DNA from: Ruditapes philippinarum
Taxonomy: Eukaryota
Direction: 5' to 3'
Length of the DNA stretch: 64,000 nucleotides
NCBI RefSeq assembly: GCF_026571515.1
Contig: NW_026853675.1
Coordinates: 62,001-126,000, forward strand
Made by a program: the position numbers and the translations under genes. Below, in pieces: positions 40,901 to 53,900 of the stretch (position 1 is the stretch's first letter; each line of letters begins with the position of its first letter). The notes below the pieces were generated by a model, which saw nothing but the letters and a program-made list of their open reading frames with translations, made no database searches and was not told the origin of the DNA.

Positions 40901-43900
40901 TCACTAAAGTTCATTCTTTATTGTCTACAAATATCAGTCTACAAGTACGCAACTTATTTTTTAACTAAACAACGAGACAGATACACTTATTGCAGGTCAG
41001 TAATATATTACTTACGTTTTTCTATGGGAAATATAAGTCTTATAAATAACATGAGCCGCGTCATGACAAAACCAACATAGTGCGTTTACGACCAGCAATT
41101 GATCCAGACCAGCCTGCGCATCCGCGCAGTCTGATCAGGATCCATGCTGTCCGCTTACAAACCCTAAACAAGTAGAGAAACTGATAGCGAACAGCATGGA
41201 TTCTGATTAGACTGCGCGGATGCGCAGGATGGTCTGGATCCATGCTGGTCGCAAACGCACTATATTGGTTTTGTCATAACGCGGCTCACATATTTGTTTT
41301 GAAGGCATGGCACCTGCTACATGCGAGATAATGATGGACCCGTTTGGAGGAAGCCCGCATCAAGAGATGTTCCATACTAGATTTATATACCATAAAGCCA
41401 ACCATAATTATTCGACCTCTGAAACATTTCACAATGTTCGAATGTTTAGACAGGCAAGTATAATTCTGTTTAGTAAGATAATAATGTTAAATTTAAATAT
41501 ATGGATTAATGAAGTCACATTAAGTCTCATAATCAATAAAATTTAAACTTGACAGAAATTTCTTGATTGAAAACATTACTTTATCTAGTTAAAACGTGAA
41601 ACAATGAAAACCTTAAAATGGTAATTTTATTCGAATGTTGTTGTTACGTCAATTGTATTACCTTCGTTGTAGATCTAGTTTGTTCTTGAAATGCTCCATC
41701 TTATAATTAATTAAAAAATATAACAACAAAACAACATAGTAATTGGTTTAAACATATTTTATTCGTCACATAAGCATATTTACATACATGATATTTCACA
41801 TCAAAACAAGTAAAGATTTAGACTGGAAGCAACCTAATGCTTATTTAAGTCTTTTCCCATTAATTGTGTAGCAGTTAATTCGCAAAAGGCATAATAAAGT
41901 AGATAGCAATTTGAAACATACTAAATGTGAACATGAAATGATCCTTGTTATAAAAGATGTTACTGAGCGGTAGTAGGATGAAAAACATGTACATTAATAA
42001 ACTCTTAGATAATTGTGCTAATATATAAAAGGTTAAAAAAAATTCACATGTAGCTCATCACTCGCAGACAATTCGCTAGAATTTGATTTATTTTTCTTTA
42101 ACGTTAACCAGTCACAAGGCTTGTTTATGATTGTTCACTGGCGTATACACCAATGATTTCATTTTAAGATAAATTATGTCTTTAAAAAAGTTAGGATATA
42201 CAAACCAAGATACAATACATATGAAATAAAATCCATTGACTCACAAAAAATCAACATAAGACATTTATGTTTTAATTTTGACTTTGACAGGAGAAACTAC
42301 ATTGGATGGAAATCCATAATAACTACATAGAAATGCATGATGGCCGTAAATCAAGATCCGATCTTCTGAAAGTATTCAAAACATATATAGAAAACAAGGA
42401 CATTGAGAGCAGCTGTAATGATCTTGGTATGTTAATTATATCAAAGCAAGTTTTATACATTAGAAATCCATCGGGACATATATTTTCCAGATACAAGTCA
42501 CATTCGGTATTGAAATAAATTTATTGTTTAAACCAATATGATAAAATGTCATTTAAATCGAAACATTGACTTTTATATAAATGTGAACAACTCTAAAGTT
42601 TTGTTTTGTTACGGTTGCTAAGAAATATACAAATATGATATACACATCTAAATGTCACTTACTGCAATGCTGCAAGAAGTTTGCGCGTAATACTGACTAC
42701 GTATATGCTACTAAAAATAAATTCTAAGGTGTCTGGCTGTCTGCATACGATGACTATTTTTTCTGAAATAATGATTAGTTCATTTGGCTCAGCTAGCTAT
42801 TTATGTCATAGAAAATTTTAATTTTCCAACGTTCCTTTAAATATGAAAAGAAACAACATTTATGAACATTACTGTAATAATTTCAATTTAAGTGGGTGAC
42901 AGTGACATTCAAAATGCTATATCAGAATTAGAAGGATTAAATGAAGATTTGCTGAAAGCCAGTCAAGACATTAGCATAGACTTGCTTGTGCCGGCCTATG
43001 TGACAGCAAAGGAGAAAATGGATCTGATGAGCAATTCTAAGGTTTACAAGTTTCTTTCACAAAAATGAAATTGTCTTTAACTGTTTTAATATATATACAT
43101 GTATATATAAACGTTTACATTGGCATTTAGAATCAACGTTATGTTACAAATGGTTATTTATTTTAGTTGAATTGTTTTACTTCATTAATACATAGATCTA
43201 TATGTTTTACAAAAATTATATTCAATTGTTAAAGGTAATGAAATATCATATAATCTGTTGCAAATATAAGTATGAAAAATTGACAATAAATTAATATCCT
43301 CGGTCCTAGAAATGTTAAAACTTTCCGAGAATTTCATGTTTCGTCTTCCATTAAACAGAAATGTAGCATTGTTTATTAACGACAACATATGAAAACATAC
43401 ATTTGTATACTTTAAAAATACAGCAACTTTAATCCTAAAAAGTTTGCATCAGAAGTATCGACACTGGAAATAGCAATCATGTGGTGTGCATGTGTTGTTG
43501 TTGTGGTGTTGGTGATTTTTGTGTTATATTTAAATAATAAATTGTTATATTTGAAGGATTATAATGGCATTGCATCAGATGTTGAATCATTAATACGAAA
43601 TATGGTTGATACTGGCATCAATAATACATTCAACGAACGTGTAAAATTCATGGCCGCAGTAAATGCAATGAATGCAACCTTGGAGCTGGCCACTGCTCTG
43701 CAGTCTGGCGTCAGAGAGATGGACATAAAGATGCATGCACAGATACAAGCTTGTGAAACTGCCACCTGGTTAGAATATGTCCCTATGATCATTATGGGAC
43801 TGAACGACTTCTACAACCCCGAGAGTCAGAAAAATGGAAAGGAAATGTTGATGAATGTCGTTGGAAATTTAACAAAAACAGTACTTTATATGCACCATTT

Positions 43901-45139
43901 ATATCCTGAATTTACTTGCATTGAAGACGTCCTTATCAATATGCTGAGCTATGCAGAAGAGTGGAGCACAAGATCGCCAGAAGAACGGGGCAAGATTGAC
44001 CTTGACTGGATGTTTAGTGTGGATCAGGTATACAGTTCGAATGAGCATGATTTAAACCATGCTTTGTTATGCCATTAGTAAAATGATATACAAAATAAAT
44101 ATTACTTCGGATACATAGTTCTGAAATCTTAACAATCCGTGATAAAAATATTTAAACAGCTCGTTGTGAGAATATATAAGTAGATGCATTGATTTTCATA
44201 CAGTTATTAAACAGTAATATTTTAAGATATTTATCAGATGAGAGGTATGAACATTCTTGTTTTCTATCACAAGGTGAGGGATACGAACGAAATAGTCAAT
44301 GAGAAAGTGGCTTTCAGTGGATGTAAGTTAAAGCCTAACCAATGTGTAAAGAAGTTACAGACAATGTGTCTAACCAGCCACATGACATCAAGTATTCCTG
44401 TAATGGATAGTAAATACGAGATTTGCAGAGCAAGATATCTAAAGCAGCAAGCTGAAAAGCATTTCAAATGGTTGGGAATGAAATATAGACACGGAATGAA
44501 TGATGGTATGTTATGCCTAGATATTGAGGTATTGAATAAGTTCTATATAAAATTATTAAAGTACTTGCTTAAAAGATAAGACAATAAAGAAAACATTGCC
44601 ACCTTTGTTTGACTTTTGCAAATTTACATGTTTATATTGAAAATATACATGAACACTTTTTCTGCTTAATGTACATTTTGTTCGTTTTAGATGAATGCCG
44701 CAAAGACCCCTTAGCCCCAAATAAAGGACCTTTGACTCTGTGGAAAATGAGTGAGTAATATTGAGTTTATTTTAGTTATCTCTTTCATTAAGAATATAAA
44801 GTTTGCGATATGTTTGTATTTTTTTTTTGTAAAACAGGCAAAACACGTAAACAGTATTGTTTGTGCAAAAAGGAACAGATACAGATGTATGGTTTATGGC
44901 AAAATGTGTGTCTTATAACTTATGTAACAAGTTTATTAGATTATTTTTCTTTCACGAATGAAGAATATTATATAATTTTGTATTTGAAATTTTGTGCAGA
45001 ACATGAACCTGTCGGGAACGGAGATGGTCAGGTCATTTACAGAGGAGTGCCAACACTAGACAACAAGCACATCATGTGGCAGAAAACGTCCGTCTGCACG
45101 TGTGAGAAGTGCTATGATAACGCCAAGAAAAGAAAATGA
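31895..45139 (+). CDS. Gene B: uncharacterised secreted Cys-rich protein, 785 aa, 16 exons (paralog 2 of 3)
   Basis: Exons: 31895-31964, 35915-35985, 36699-36855, 37176-37292, 37535-37630, 38092-38225, 38715-38904, 39926-39994, 40728-40844, 41305-41453 (GC donor), 42291-42426, 42893-43041, 43557-44027, 44274-44505, 44691-44750, 45000-45139; 2358 nt open. Signal peptide MARTGNFSTYLCFIMFVIGINA. Same intron phases as gene A plus one extra intron. Confidence 0.86.
37905..37996. repeat. (AAT)n microsatellite
   Basis: Imperfect run of about 30 AAT-type triplets; explains the poly-Ile pseudo-ORF 37843-38037. Confidence 0.95.
39187..39799. mobile_element. Non-autonomous piggyBac-like element in gene B intron 7
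   Basis: TTAA|CCCATTAC ... GTAATGGG|TTAA: TTAA target duplication, CCC/GGG termini, 8-bp perfect TIR, interior more GC-rich than the flanks. Confidence 0.7.
41052..41288. mobile_element. Palindromic MITE, full-length copy
   Basis: TIR TGAGCCGCGTCATGACAAAACCAACATAGTGCG / CGCACTATATTGGTTTTGTCATAACGCGGCTCA; internal inverted CAGCATGGATCC...CTGCGCATCCGCGCAGTCTGATCAGGATCCATGCTG; other copies at 54360, 59871, 61687. Confidence 0.9.
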
Positions 45140-47217
45140 AATGCAAAACGTTTTGATTTAACTAGTTCTTTGAAATTGGATATCCAGTTCATTCTTTAGA
45201 CGAGATAAAAATCAAAATGTATGTTAGATATCATTTAAACATTAAAATAGATTTACAGTCTCTTTGGGTAGATTCATCGTGTTTGTTGTATTTTCTGCCA
45301 AAACAACATTTAACATGTCTGATTGGAAAAAATAAAATGTATGCAAAATCGAACCATCCATTTTCAGATTTATATCAAACACACATATCATTGAACAGAG
45401 ACAGAAATAGCTATCAATTGTTATAAACAAAACTTATTTGCAAACTGTTTATGCGATTTATTTACTTTCATGTTCGCCTCTGAGAAAATAACCATTACAG
45501 CCTTATAGTAACTGTATAAACTTTAGTCGTCTCCCGTTTTGATGATATTGAATAACCAACATATGATCAAAGAGTGCTTTCATCAGTATATACATGTAAA
45601 ATAAAAAGTATAAGATGTAATTGATTAAAAGTACAATATTCCTAAACAAACAGAAATAAAATACTATAAAACACTCTATGCTCTTTAGTGTATTTAAACC
45701 ATGAAACTGTTCAGTACTGCAATAAAAACATTAAGCCTTGATTCCTTTATTGTTTATTTATACTTGCTCTAGTTTAAAGAATTGTGTCTGTGGTTCTTGC
45801 CATCATTTCTTTTACTTACTATAAAACACTCTATTTTATATAAAAATGTGATAAAACGTTGGTACTGTATTGACATTTATCCAATACTTAAAGATTTCGG
45901 TCAACCTGCTGAATGGTCCTACATTTTTATTTTAATTGAGTCTTTGTTCTATATTTCAAGTTATTGTCAATATGTTCTTTTTTTTTTCAAGTTTACAGTT
46001 AGTTATTTTTGAATACTGTAGTACAACTCTTAACTAACATGTTATAAAATATCAGGCAGTTATCATCACAACTTTTGAAATCAAAGAGAATTTCAAACGA
46101 AGTTTGTCTTTTGTGACAAAAGATGAAGAAATTGCATATTCTTGAAATTAAGGAATTTCATGAATCCTTTAATAATTTGATGATAGCAATTTTTTAGATA
46201 ACCAACAAATCAGAAAACCTTGGTTTTAAAAACAACAATGCAGATTACAAGAAACATAGGACAATAAAAACATAGTTATCATTTATAACTTTATTTCTGC
46301 CATTCATTATATAGAAATATTCAAATTAAAAATGGTAAGCAGATGCATAATAATCAACTTTCTTTGTTGTTTTGTTATCGTTGTTGTTATTTTTTTGCTA
46401 TTTTCGGAAGGAATTCTCTTAGATCTGTATGATCTGAATGATATTTCTAATTTTAAACGATGAATACTTTCAGTATTAAACTATAAAATTAACATATTAT
46501 TTGTTATGAAATGAAAAGCATAGAAGTTTTATATATTGTTTATGCATGTATAAATAAAAAATAATAACATGAATTCAATGCGAAAACAAACTATGAGCTT
46601 TGATAATGTTAATGACGTTATAAAAACAATTAAAGGTAAATTTGTCAATTAAGACAGTTCAGTTCTTCATAGTATACTTCACAGGCAAAAATTGCCAGTC
46701 ATCACCAATCCCAAAGTCACGACCAGAGTAAGAGCTTTTGGCAAATGTTAAAGACTTTTAAAAGAACAAAGGATACATTATGAATTATAGATATTTCCTG
46801 TCAAACATGAGCTGGTTGGTTGCCGTAAAGCAATTAGTAGATATCTTATAATTCTTGATTTATAGTTAGTTCGTGATTGTATTTGGAAGATAAAGAGAAA
46901 CCATTTAAAGTATTAAGATGTTCTAAATTTTAGAAAGAGAATTTCAAATTCTGTTTTTCCATAATGATGTTGTCGTTGCTATAGCTAGATAATAGGCAAA
47001 ATATAACGTAGCTCATAATTTGGTACTCATTTGTTTTTTGTTGTTTTTTTTCTTGTTTTTTTTAAGAATCGAACTTTTGCATTGTTTTATCACTCGATAA
47101 AACATAACTTTTATTGTAAAATTATGATAATAAGTAAATATTGTATAACTTTGCTCGTCAAATCAGGTATACTGTGACCGTAAAAACGTACATATCATGA
47201 AATACATATTATATATA

Positions 47218-47420
47218 CTTTTTTACGTCGCACTAACATTGGAAAGGTCATTTGGCACTTTTAAGCTTTACTAGTGGGAGAAGACCTCAGGTGTCCCTCC
47301 GTGCAATATTTCAGGCACGAACGGGCACCTGAATATAACCATCGAAGTTCCGTAAGCTAGCCGGATAGTTTCCTCACAGGAAAGACTCTAAAATCACTTG
47401 CGGAATTCGGACCACAAGGG
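47218..47420 (-). mobile_element. SINE copy, same family as 4450-4610
   Basis: TTTTACGTCGCAC...GAAGACCTCAGGTGTCCCTCCGTGCAATATTTCAGGCACGAACGGGCACCTGAAT...TCCGTAAGCTAGC. Confidence 0.65.
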
Positions 47421-47906
47421 CATTACATATTCACCGATATTGAAATAATAATATACAATCAATTGTTTCATTATGTGGCTCAAACTTTTAAGCTAGAGGA
47501 GTATATTTAAAACAAAATAATTAAGCAGCGTCTGATCGTCAACAAAAAATAAATTAATTTTAAAAAATCAATTTATATTCTTTTTGGAGTATTTTTCTTT
47601 TTTGCAGCATATTGTCATTCACTAATTTCATTTTCACCATTTTATTACTATAATTTTTATTTGCATTTTTGGATGCGGAATATTGCTACTTCTGTTCTGT
47701 TTATTAATCATATGGAAAGATTCTAATTATCAATAATTAGTTCTTCTGGAAACAAATATGTTTTTAAGTTTGCCTTTTTCTGGAGTCAGTCTCGTTTTCA
47801 GCTACCTGCGTCAGAGATTACAAATTAAAGGGATAAATAAAGACTTCGGCGACATTTCATAAACGAGAAGGTTAGAATAGGTTGTGAAGCTTTAGAATTA
47901 ACTAAT

Positions 47907-50900
47907 ATGGATGGAAGTAATTTATGCCTTCTTGGCAGTGTTTGTTGCTTTCTATATTGCATCTTTTCGGTGCAGAGTTATGGTGGTGGTAAGTTTTCAT
48001 TTCTGATTTCTTCCTAATTTTATATATGCTAATCTTATATAGTTTTAAACTGTCAATGTAAAATAATATAAAGAATGTTTTCCTTTGCTTTATTATACAT
48101 AAAGCTAGCGGAGATGAATATTTGAGTTGCCGTTATAATACTTTAAATTTTATTTCAAAAGTCAATTTGTAAAAGCTATATGATAAATCTATTTAGAACC
48201 GCTAAAATGATGACAATACAAACCACATGAATCAAGGATCTAAGTTTAATATTGATATAACCTTTGAAAGTAAATTAGTACCAAAGGGGTCACACTTTAT
48301 ATTTCTCAGTCATAGTTGCGAAAAGAATATTTTTGTTGCTTATTCAATTCCATTTTGCACTAAAAATTTAAAACCTCTTTAGATAAAAAAAACATATCTC
48401 GTCTGCTTAATTAAACTACCAACATCATCATCAACAACAACAAAACTGGTCCTCCGTCATTAAGAGTTTAAATATTCTAATATCTAAACATTAAGTAAAT
48501 AGCTTAAGAGTGTTCTTACTACGACATCAAAAGTTGGTTCTGAGGGCGTGGTTTGTCTGATATTCGGCAAGATTCTCTATACCTTAAACGGATGGCACCG
48601 ATTTGATAATTCTTGGTCACTAGCGTTCAAAACATAATAAATCCATTACACGAATTTAGCAGGTTTAAGGTAATATCCAACCCGCAATTTTTGATATGTA
48701 ATTTTAATGTTAATAAAGTAAACTCTCATATCGGTTTGCTGAAAAGAAATTTTATTCACATGGATAAGATGCAATTTTTTTTATTGTATAAAGGTCTTAT
48801 AAGACCAATCACTGATTATGGAAATATCATTTATTACCCTGTAACAAAGAAAAATAAACAATTAGTGGAAAATACCCAAAGAAGAGCTACAAGAATCATC
48901 CCTGAACTAAGAGTACTCACATATGAACAAAAATTAAAGGCTTTCTATTGATTACAGACGTCAACGTGGAGATATGATACAAGTTTTTAAACTTATTCAC
49001 AAAATAGACTACGAAAGCCTAATAGTGTCAAATAAAATTAAAATAAAAATGCAAAGGCGTTAAAACGCGAATAAAGGCGTTATTACGCGAATCAAAAGGC
49101 GTAATGACGCGAATAAAGGCGTTATAACGCGAATCAAAAGGCGTAATAACGCGAAAAAGGGCGTTATAACGCGAATAAAGGCGTTATTACGCATTTTGAT
49201 TCGCGTTATAACGCCTTTATTCGCGTTATTACACATTTTGATTCGCGTTACAACGCCTTTTTCGCGTAATAACGCTTTTTATTCGCGTTTCTACGCCTTT
49301 TTCGCGTTATTACGCATTTTGATTTGCGTAATTACGCCTTTTGATTCGCGTAATAACGCCTTAAATTTATTCGCGTTATAACGCCTTTGCATTTTTATTT
49401 TTTTATCTTATTTGACACTATTAGGCTTTCGTAATAGACGATTTTGACTATGAAAAGTTGTTCAAATTATCTGTTACAAATCATGAAATCTGAGGACATA
49501 TTTATTAATTAGAAAAGTTAAGACCACTAAAGGCAATAAGACAAAATTCCTTCTCTAATAGAGTCGTAAACGAATGGAACCTACTTCCCAGTGAAATAGT
49601 TTTATCAAAGAACGTTAATGAGTTCAAATCTAAATTAGATAAACACTGGCAATGGAAAAGATTCAAACTTGACAATATCTATTGAATAGACCAATACCGG
49701 AGCGGACGACAATGAAAACAGCTCTCGAGGGGAATGATAGTCCGTTAGGGGACTAATAAAGTTTCCCATACATCACAAGTATCACACGTATAACTGTATA
49801 GATATATGTTATATCTGTATTTAAGAATTTGCGTATGAAATAAGTACAAAATAAAATATAGTGAACTAATGATGGAAATTGGGAAAACGATAAAATTGTT
49901 GTCCGAACAATGTAAGTAAATGTACTATCGTTTGTTGTAGTTGACGTAAAGTTAGGCCTAACATTCGATGGTGGACTTATGGATGTTGATCCAAGTATGT
50001 TTCCCACAATAGAAGTAACAGAGACTCCTGGACGCAAATCCCTCGCAAATATTATCGGTGATATGATGGTGACACATAATGTGGAGGTAAGCCTTAAATA
50101 TACACATGTAGGAGAAATAACTTGTGATGTCATAAAGTCAAGATTTCATCAGGCAAAAATGTATTTCCATTTTTTTTCTGCGTTTAAAATGTCAAATATT
50201 GATAAAGTTTAATGACACAGAAGACAGGATTAATCATTGTGAATATCTAAATAAAAAATATATTTTGAGTTACATCTTATTCATCATGTAATTAAACTTG
50301 AAACAGATGAAAACGTATGTGAACTTTTTACCAGATTGTTGCTACAGCTTCTCCATTACCTTCCACCGAAACTGATGAATGTTTCTTTGTTGTCGGATTT
50401 CTATCTCCTCTTGAAAGCATCACCGCCACAAAACCGTTCCCAAACAGGCAAGAATGTGAAAAGAACAATCTACTACCAACCATCGGAGTTGCTGACGAAA
50501 TTTTAGGATATCCGCAATGTATCAAGTGTATGTATGAGACAANNNNNNNNNNNNNNNNNNNNNNNNNNNNNNNNNNNNNNNNNNNNNNNNNNNNNNNNNN
50601 NNNNNNNNNNNNNNNNNNNNNNNNNNNNNNNNNNNNNNNNNNNNNNNNNNNNNNNNNNNNNNNNNNNNNNNNNNNNNNNNNNNNNNNNNNNNNNNNNNNA
50701 ATTTAAAAATACTGTTTTATACCTGATATGAAATCTATGAATATTATTATTTATAATTTAATTTAGTTAATATAAATGCTGTCTCTTAAATTGATTGAGG
50801 CAAACACTGTCAGATCAATACTAGGATGAGATCGGACGCGTTTTAATTCAACGTGTATAACGTTTTGTATATGACCATATGCACTGTCTGTACGTAAATA

Positions 50901-53900
50901 TGCTTGGGCTTATAAGCCTTATTTGATTGTAATAAATTGTCTGCCTGTCTAAATAATCCACTGAACGAACAAAAAGCGCGGTGACATGATATATCTAAAT
51001 CGTATTGGATTATGTATATCGTTTAGTGTCCTCTGTAATCAAATCAAACAGTTCAATGAAAGCTTTGACTTAAAATATTTATATAAAAAAGTATTTTAAG
51101 TCCCAAATGAAAATATTATGAAAAATATAATGAAAAAGTAACAGTGCATATTTTGCAAGTTTTGAATCCGTTTTTTTTTTTTTTTTTTTTTTTTTAATTA
51201 TGACACTAACCGTCATATATACATGTACATATATACATGTTAATAAACGTATCAATTTTCATACTCATTTTTGCTATTAAAATCTACATATAAGTGTATA
51301 GACAATAAAGAGTTATTCGGCCTGTGCACTAGTTATGTATAAGTTTAACTTAATCAATCTTTCAGATGCAGACCTTGAAAATAGTGATTTCACTAAGTTG
51401 ATTGGAGAACACGGCCGTACACACTGTGGTAATTAATTTGTTTTAGCACTGTTTATTAAATATTAAAAAAAATATTTAATGGATAGATGTAACTACTTTA
51501 TCACAGATTTGTACCCGAACGGTGTACAAAAGTAATTTCTATCGGCATACCCATGGCAGGCCTGTCGCAATACCGATGCGATTCAATAATTGTTGTTTCT
51601 AGAAGAACAAATTAAAGATATACACTGTTGATATCATACCGTTCAAGATTTTATACTTACTACATAGGTTACCACTTCAATTTATGTTTCTGGTAAAAGA
51701 AATGTGAAGGACAAGTTCTAAAATTCTCAAGGAGATGAGAATAACTATTGACAAGTCATTTTCATTTGAAAAAAAAATATACTCATGATTCTTAACAATT
51801 AGCAATATGTGAAACCCGTTATTAAAGTTATGGTGCTTTTACTTATAAAAAGTGATTCATCTATTTAGTTGTTTTATCTAAAAGCGTTTTTCTTGAGCAC
51901 ACTTTACAGGTTTTTAATAATTGGTATTTATCAGGTTAGTATTTATAGTTAACATATATAAATTGTGCAGGTATGTACCGTTTGGTGGGTATGTTGGATC
52001 CATTACGGGAGGTTCAAGGTGACACAAACTTCTGTAACAACTATCTTACGTTTGATATCAACTTTAACTGCTCCATTCAAACAGTCACGGGTATGTTACT
52101 TTGTTTTGGAAATTAGAAACATCGTTTACTATCAGTACAAATTAAAAGTACTCAAAGTTTACGTAAGCAAGCAAGACAATGGAAGATATTAATAATCTAT
52201 CGCATACTACACCCACAGTAATTTCAAAACAATCGGATAGCTCGTGTTGTTAAATTAAGCGTACAATAATCTTTCTTAAAGTCTCTTGATGGCTTCAATA
52301 ATTTAGTTCTCTGTATGAAAAGAAATAAGATAATGCAACAACTGCCACATAAAATACGCTAAACTTTCAATATGAGGTGCTTATTATTTAGTAGAATTTA
52401 ATTGTCAATATATTGTTTTTCTCAATGTTGTTTTGACATGACCTTGACCTTACGTCCTCCTACAACTTGAAGTGCAGAACAAAAAATAAAAAATACATAT
52501 GTATTTTCTAAAATACTATCAATAATGTTTTCGTCTTGTGATATTTCACAGTTAAAAATACAGACGAATACAAAAATAATGTCTATAATTGCTTAACGCC
52601 TTTACTAATGGATAAATCATACTATGACTATCAATGCAGTAAAACCACTCACATTTTATTTTATAGAGCCTACTTGCGATTTGCTCCCAATGGAAACCGA
52701 AGACGATGACGTTACATTACTCTACATGAATCACATGCGGACTGAAGGGGTGTATGGTCAACCAAGGAGGTTCAAACATGCTATGCAAATGTTTAGACAA
52801 AGGGTAAGTTTCATGATAGGAAGAATATGGGACAGTTTCTGTTATGCTTATGTAAATTTGAAAGAAAAAAATACACGACTCATTATCAAAATGCTAAATT
52901 GTTGAATGCAAGCAAATTGTTTGAATGAGATAATAGATGGTAAGGTAAATTTCAATGGTCGAATTGAACAGAAAAATATTGCAGAACAGGTCGTATGGCA
53001 ATTGAGTGAGAAATTCAAGGGAGTAAACTCTTGCAAACAAAATGGCAAATATAATATGGTCACAATTATTTCCTTATTATCATATGTTTTCATGTTAATT
53101 TTCAAGTCAGATTTAACGACCATAAAATTCGGTGTTAAAGTAATGTACAAGACAGCATCTCATTTCAAACTATACATTGTATGCATATACTGTTAATATC
53201 TTTACACAATTAAATGTTTTAATCTCTAGTGACAAAGAAATACTGGAAAATCAGATATTGACTATTTGTTATTATCCTCCGTTAGGCAATGTCTCCTGAA
53301 TGGAATGAAGAGTATGAAAAAGACTATGATGTAGTTGGAAAATATGGAAAGATGTTTACTAAAATAATGAGAGCCTATATTAAAGGACTTCCGAAGGAAT
53401 CTTACCTTGATGATTGTTCCAGGGAAAATGAAAATGGTAATAATAATTTACACATAAAACAAGATACTAGGAATTTAGTTTACCAAAATTTGTTTAACTT
53501 CAAGTCTCACAAAGTTGTTCTAAAGCCCAAAAAGTATGACACATAATGTTTTCCTTTTTTTTTCTTCTTTAGTAAGGGCAAACATAAGTTTTATAACATT
53601 GAAGTAATATTTGTGGAGCATACTAGATGACTACTACCTGAATACATAGGCGCTGAATGTAAAACTATTTGTCGTAAAAGTTAAGAAATAAAAACAAAGT
53701 TAAATTGCCTTTACAAAATGCTCCACACGATAAGTGTACTTATTGCAAAGAAAAGCAAAAAAAAGCAAAAGATGGTTTATGTAATTGGCCAATAACTAAA
53801 TGATTGCAAACTATAACAGGCACGTAATGATTTATTAACGCCACTAATAAAGAATGTTTATAAAATGAAAACATGTTTATAAATAGCTAAAGAATGGGTA

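Noticed and set aside
43479-43556. Hydrophobic N-terminus MWCACVVVVVLVIFVLYL of the 199-aa ORF as a signal peptide of a standalone gene
   Set aside because: It is GT-rich intron sequence upstream of the phase-0 acceptor at 43556; the remainder of the ORF is exon 13 of gene B.
49055-49390. CRISPR-like array of 20-22-bp palindromic repeats
   Set aside because: No unique spacers, eukaryotic context, and the array is bounded by TIRs and a TSD, so it is transposon interior.
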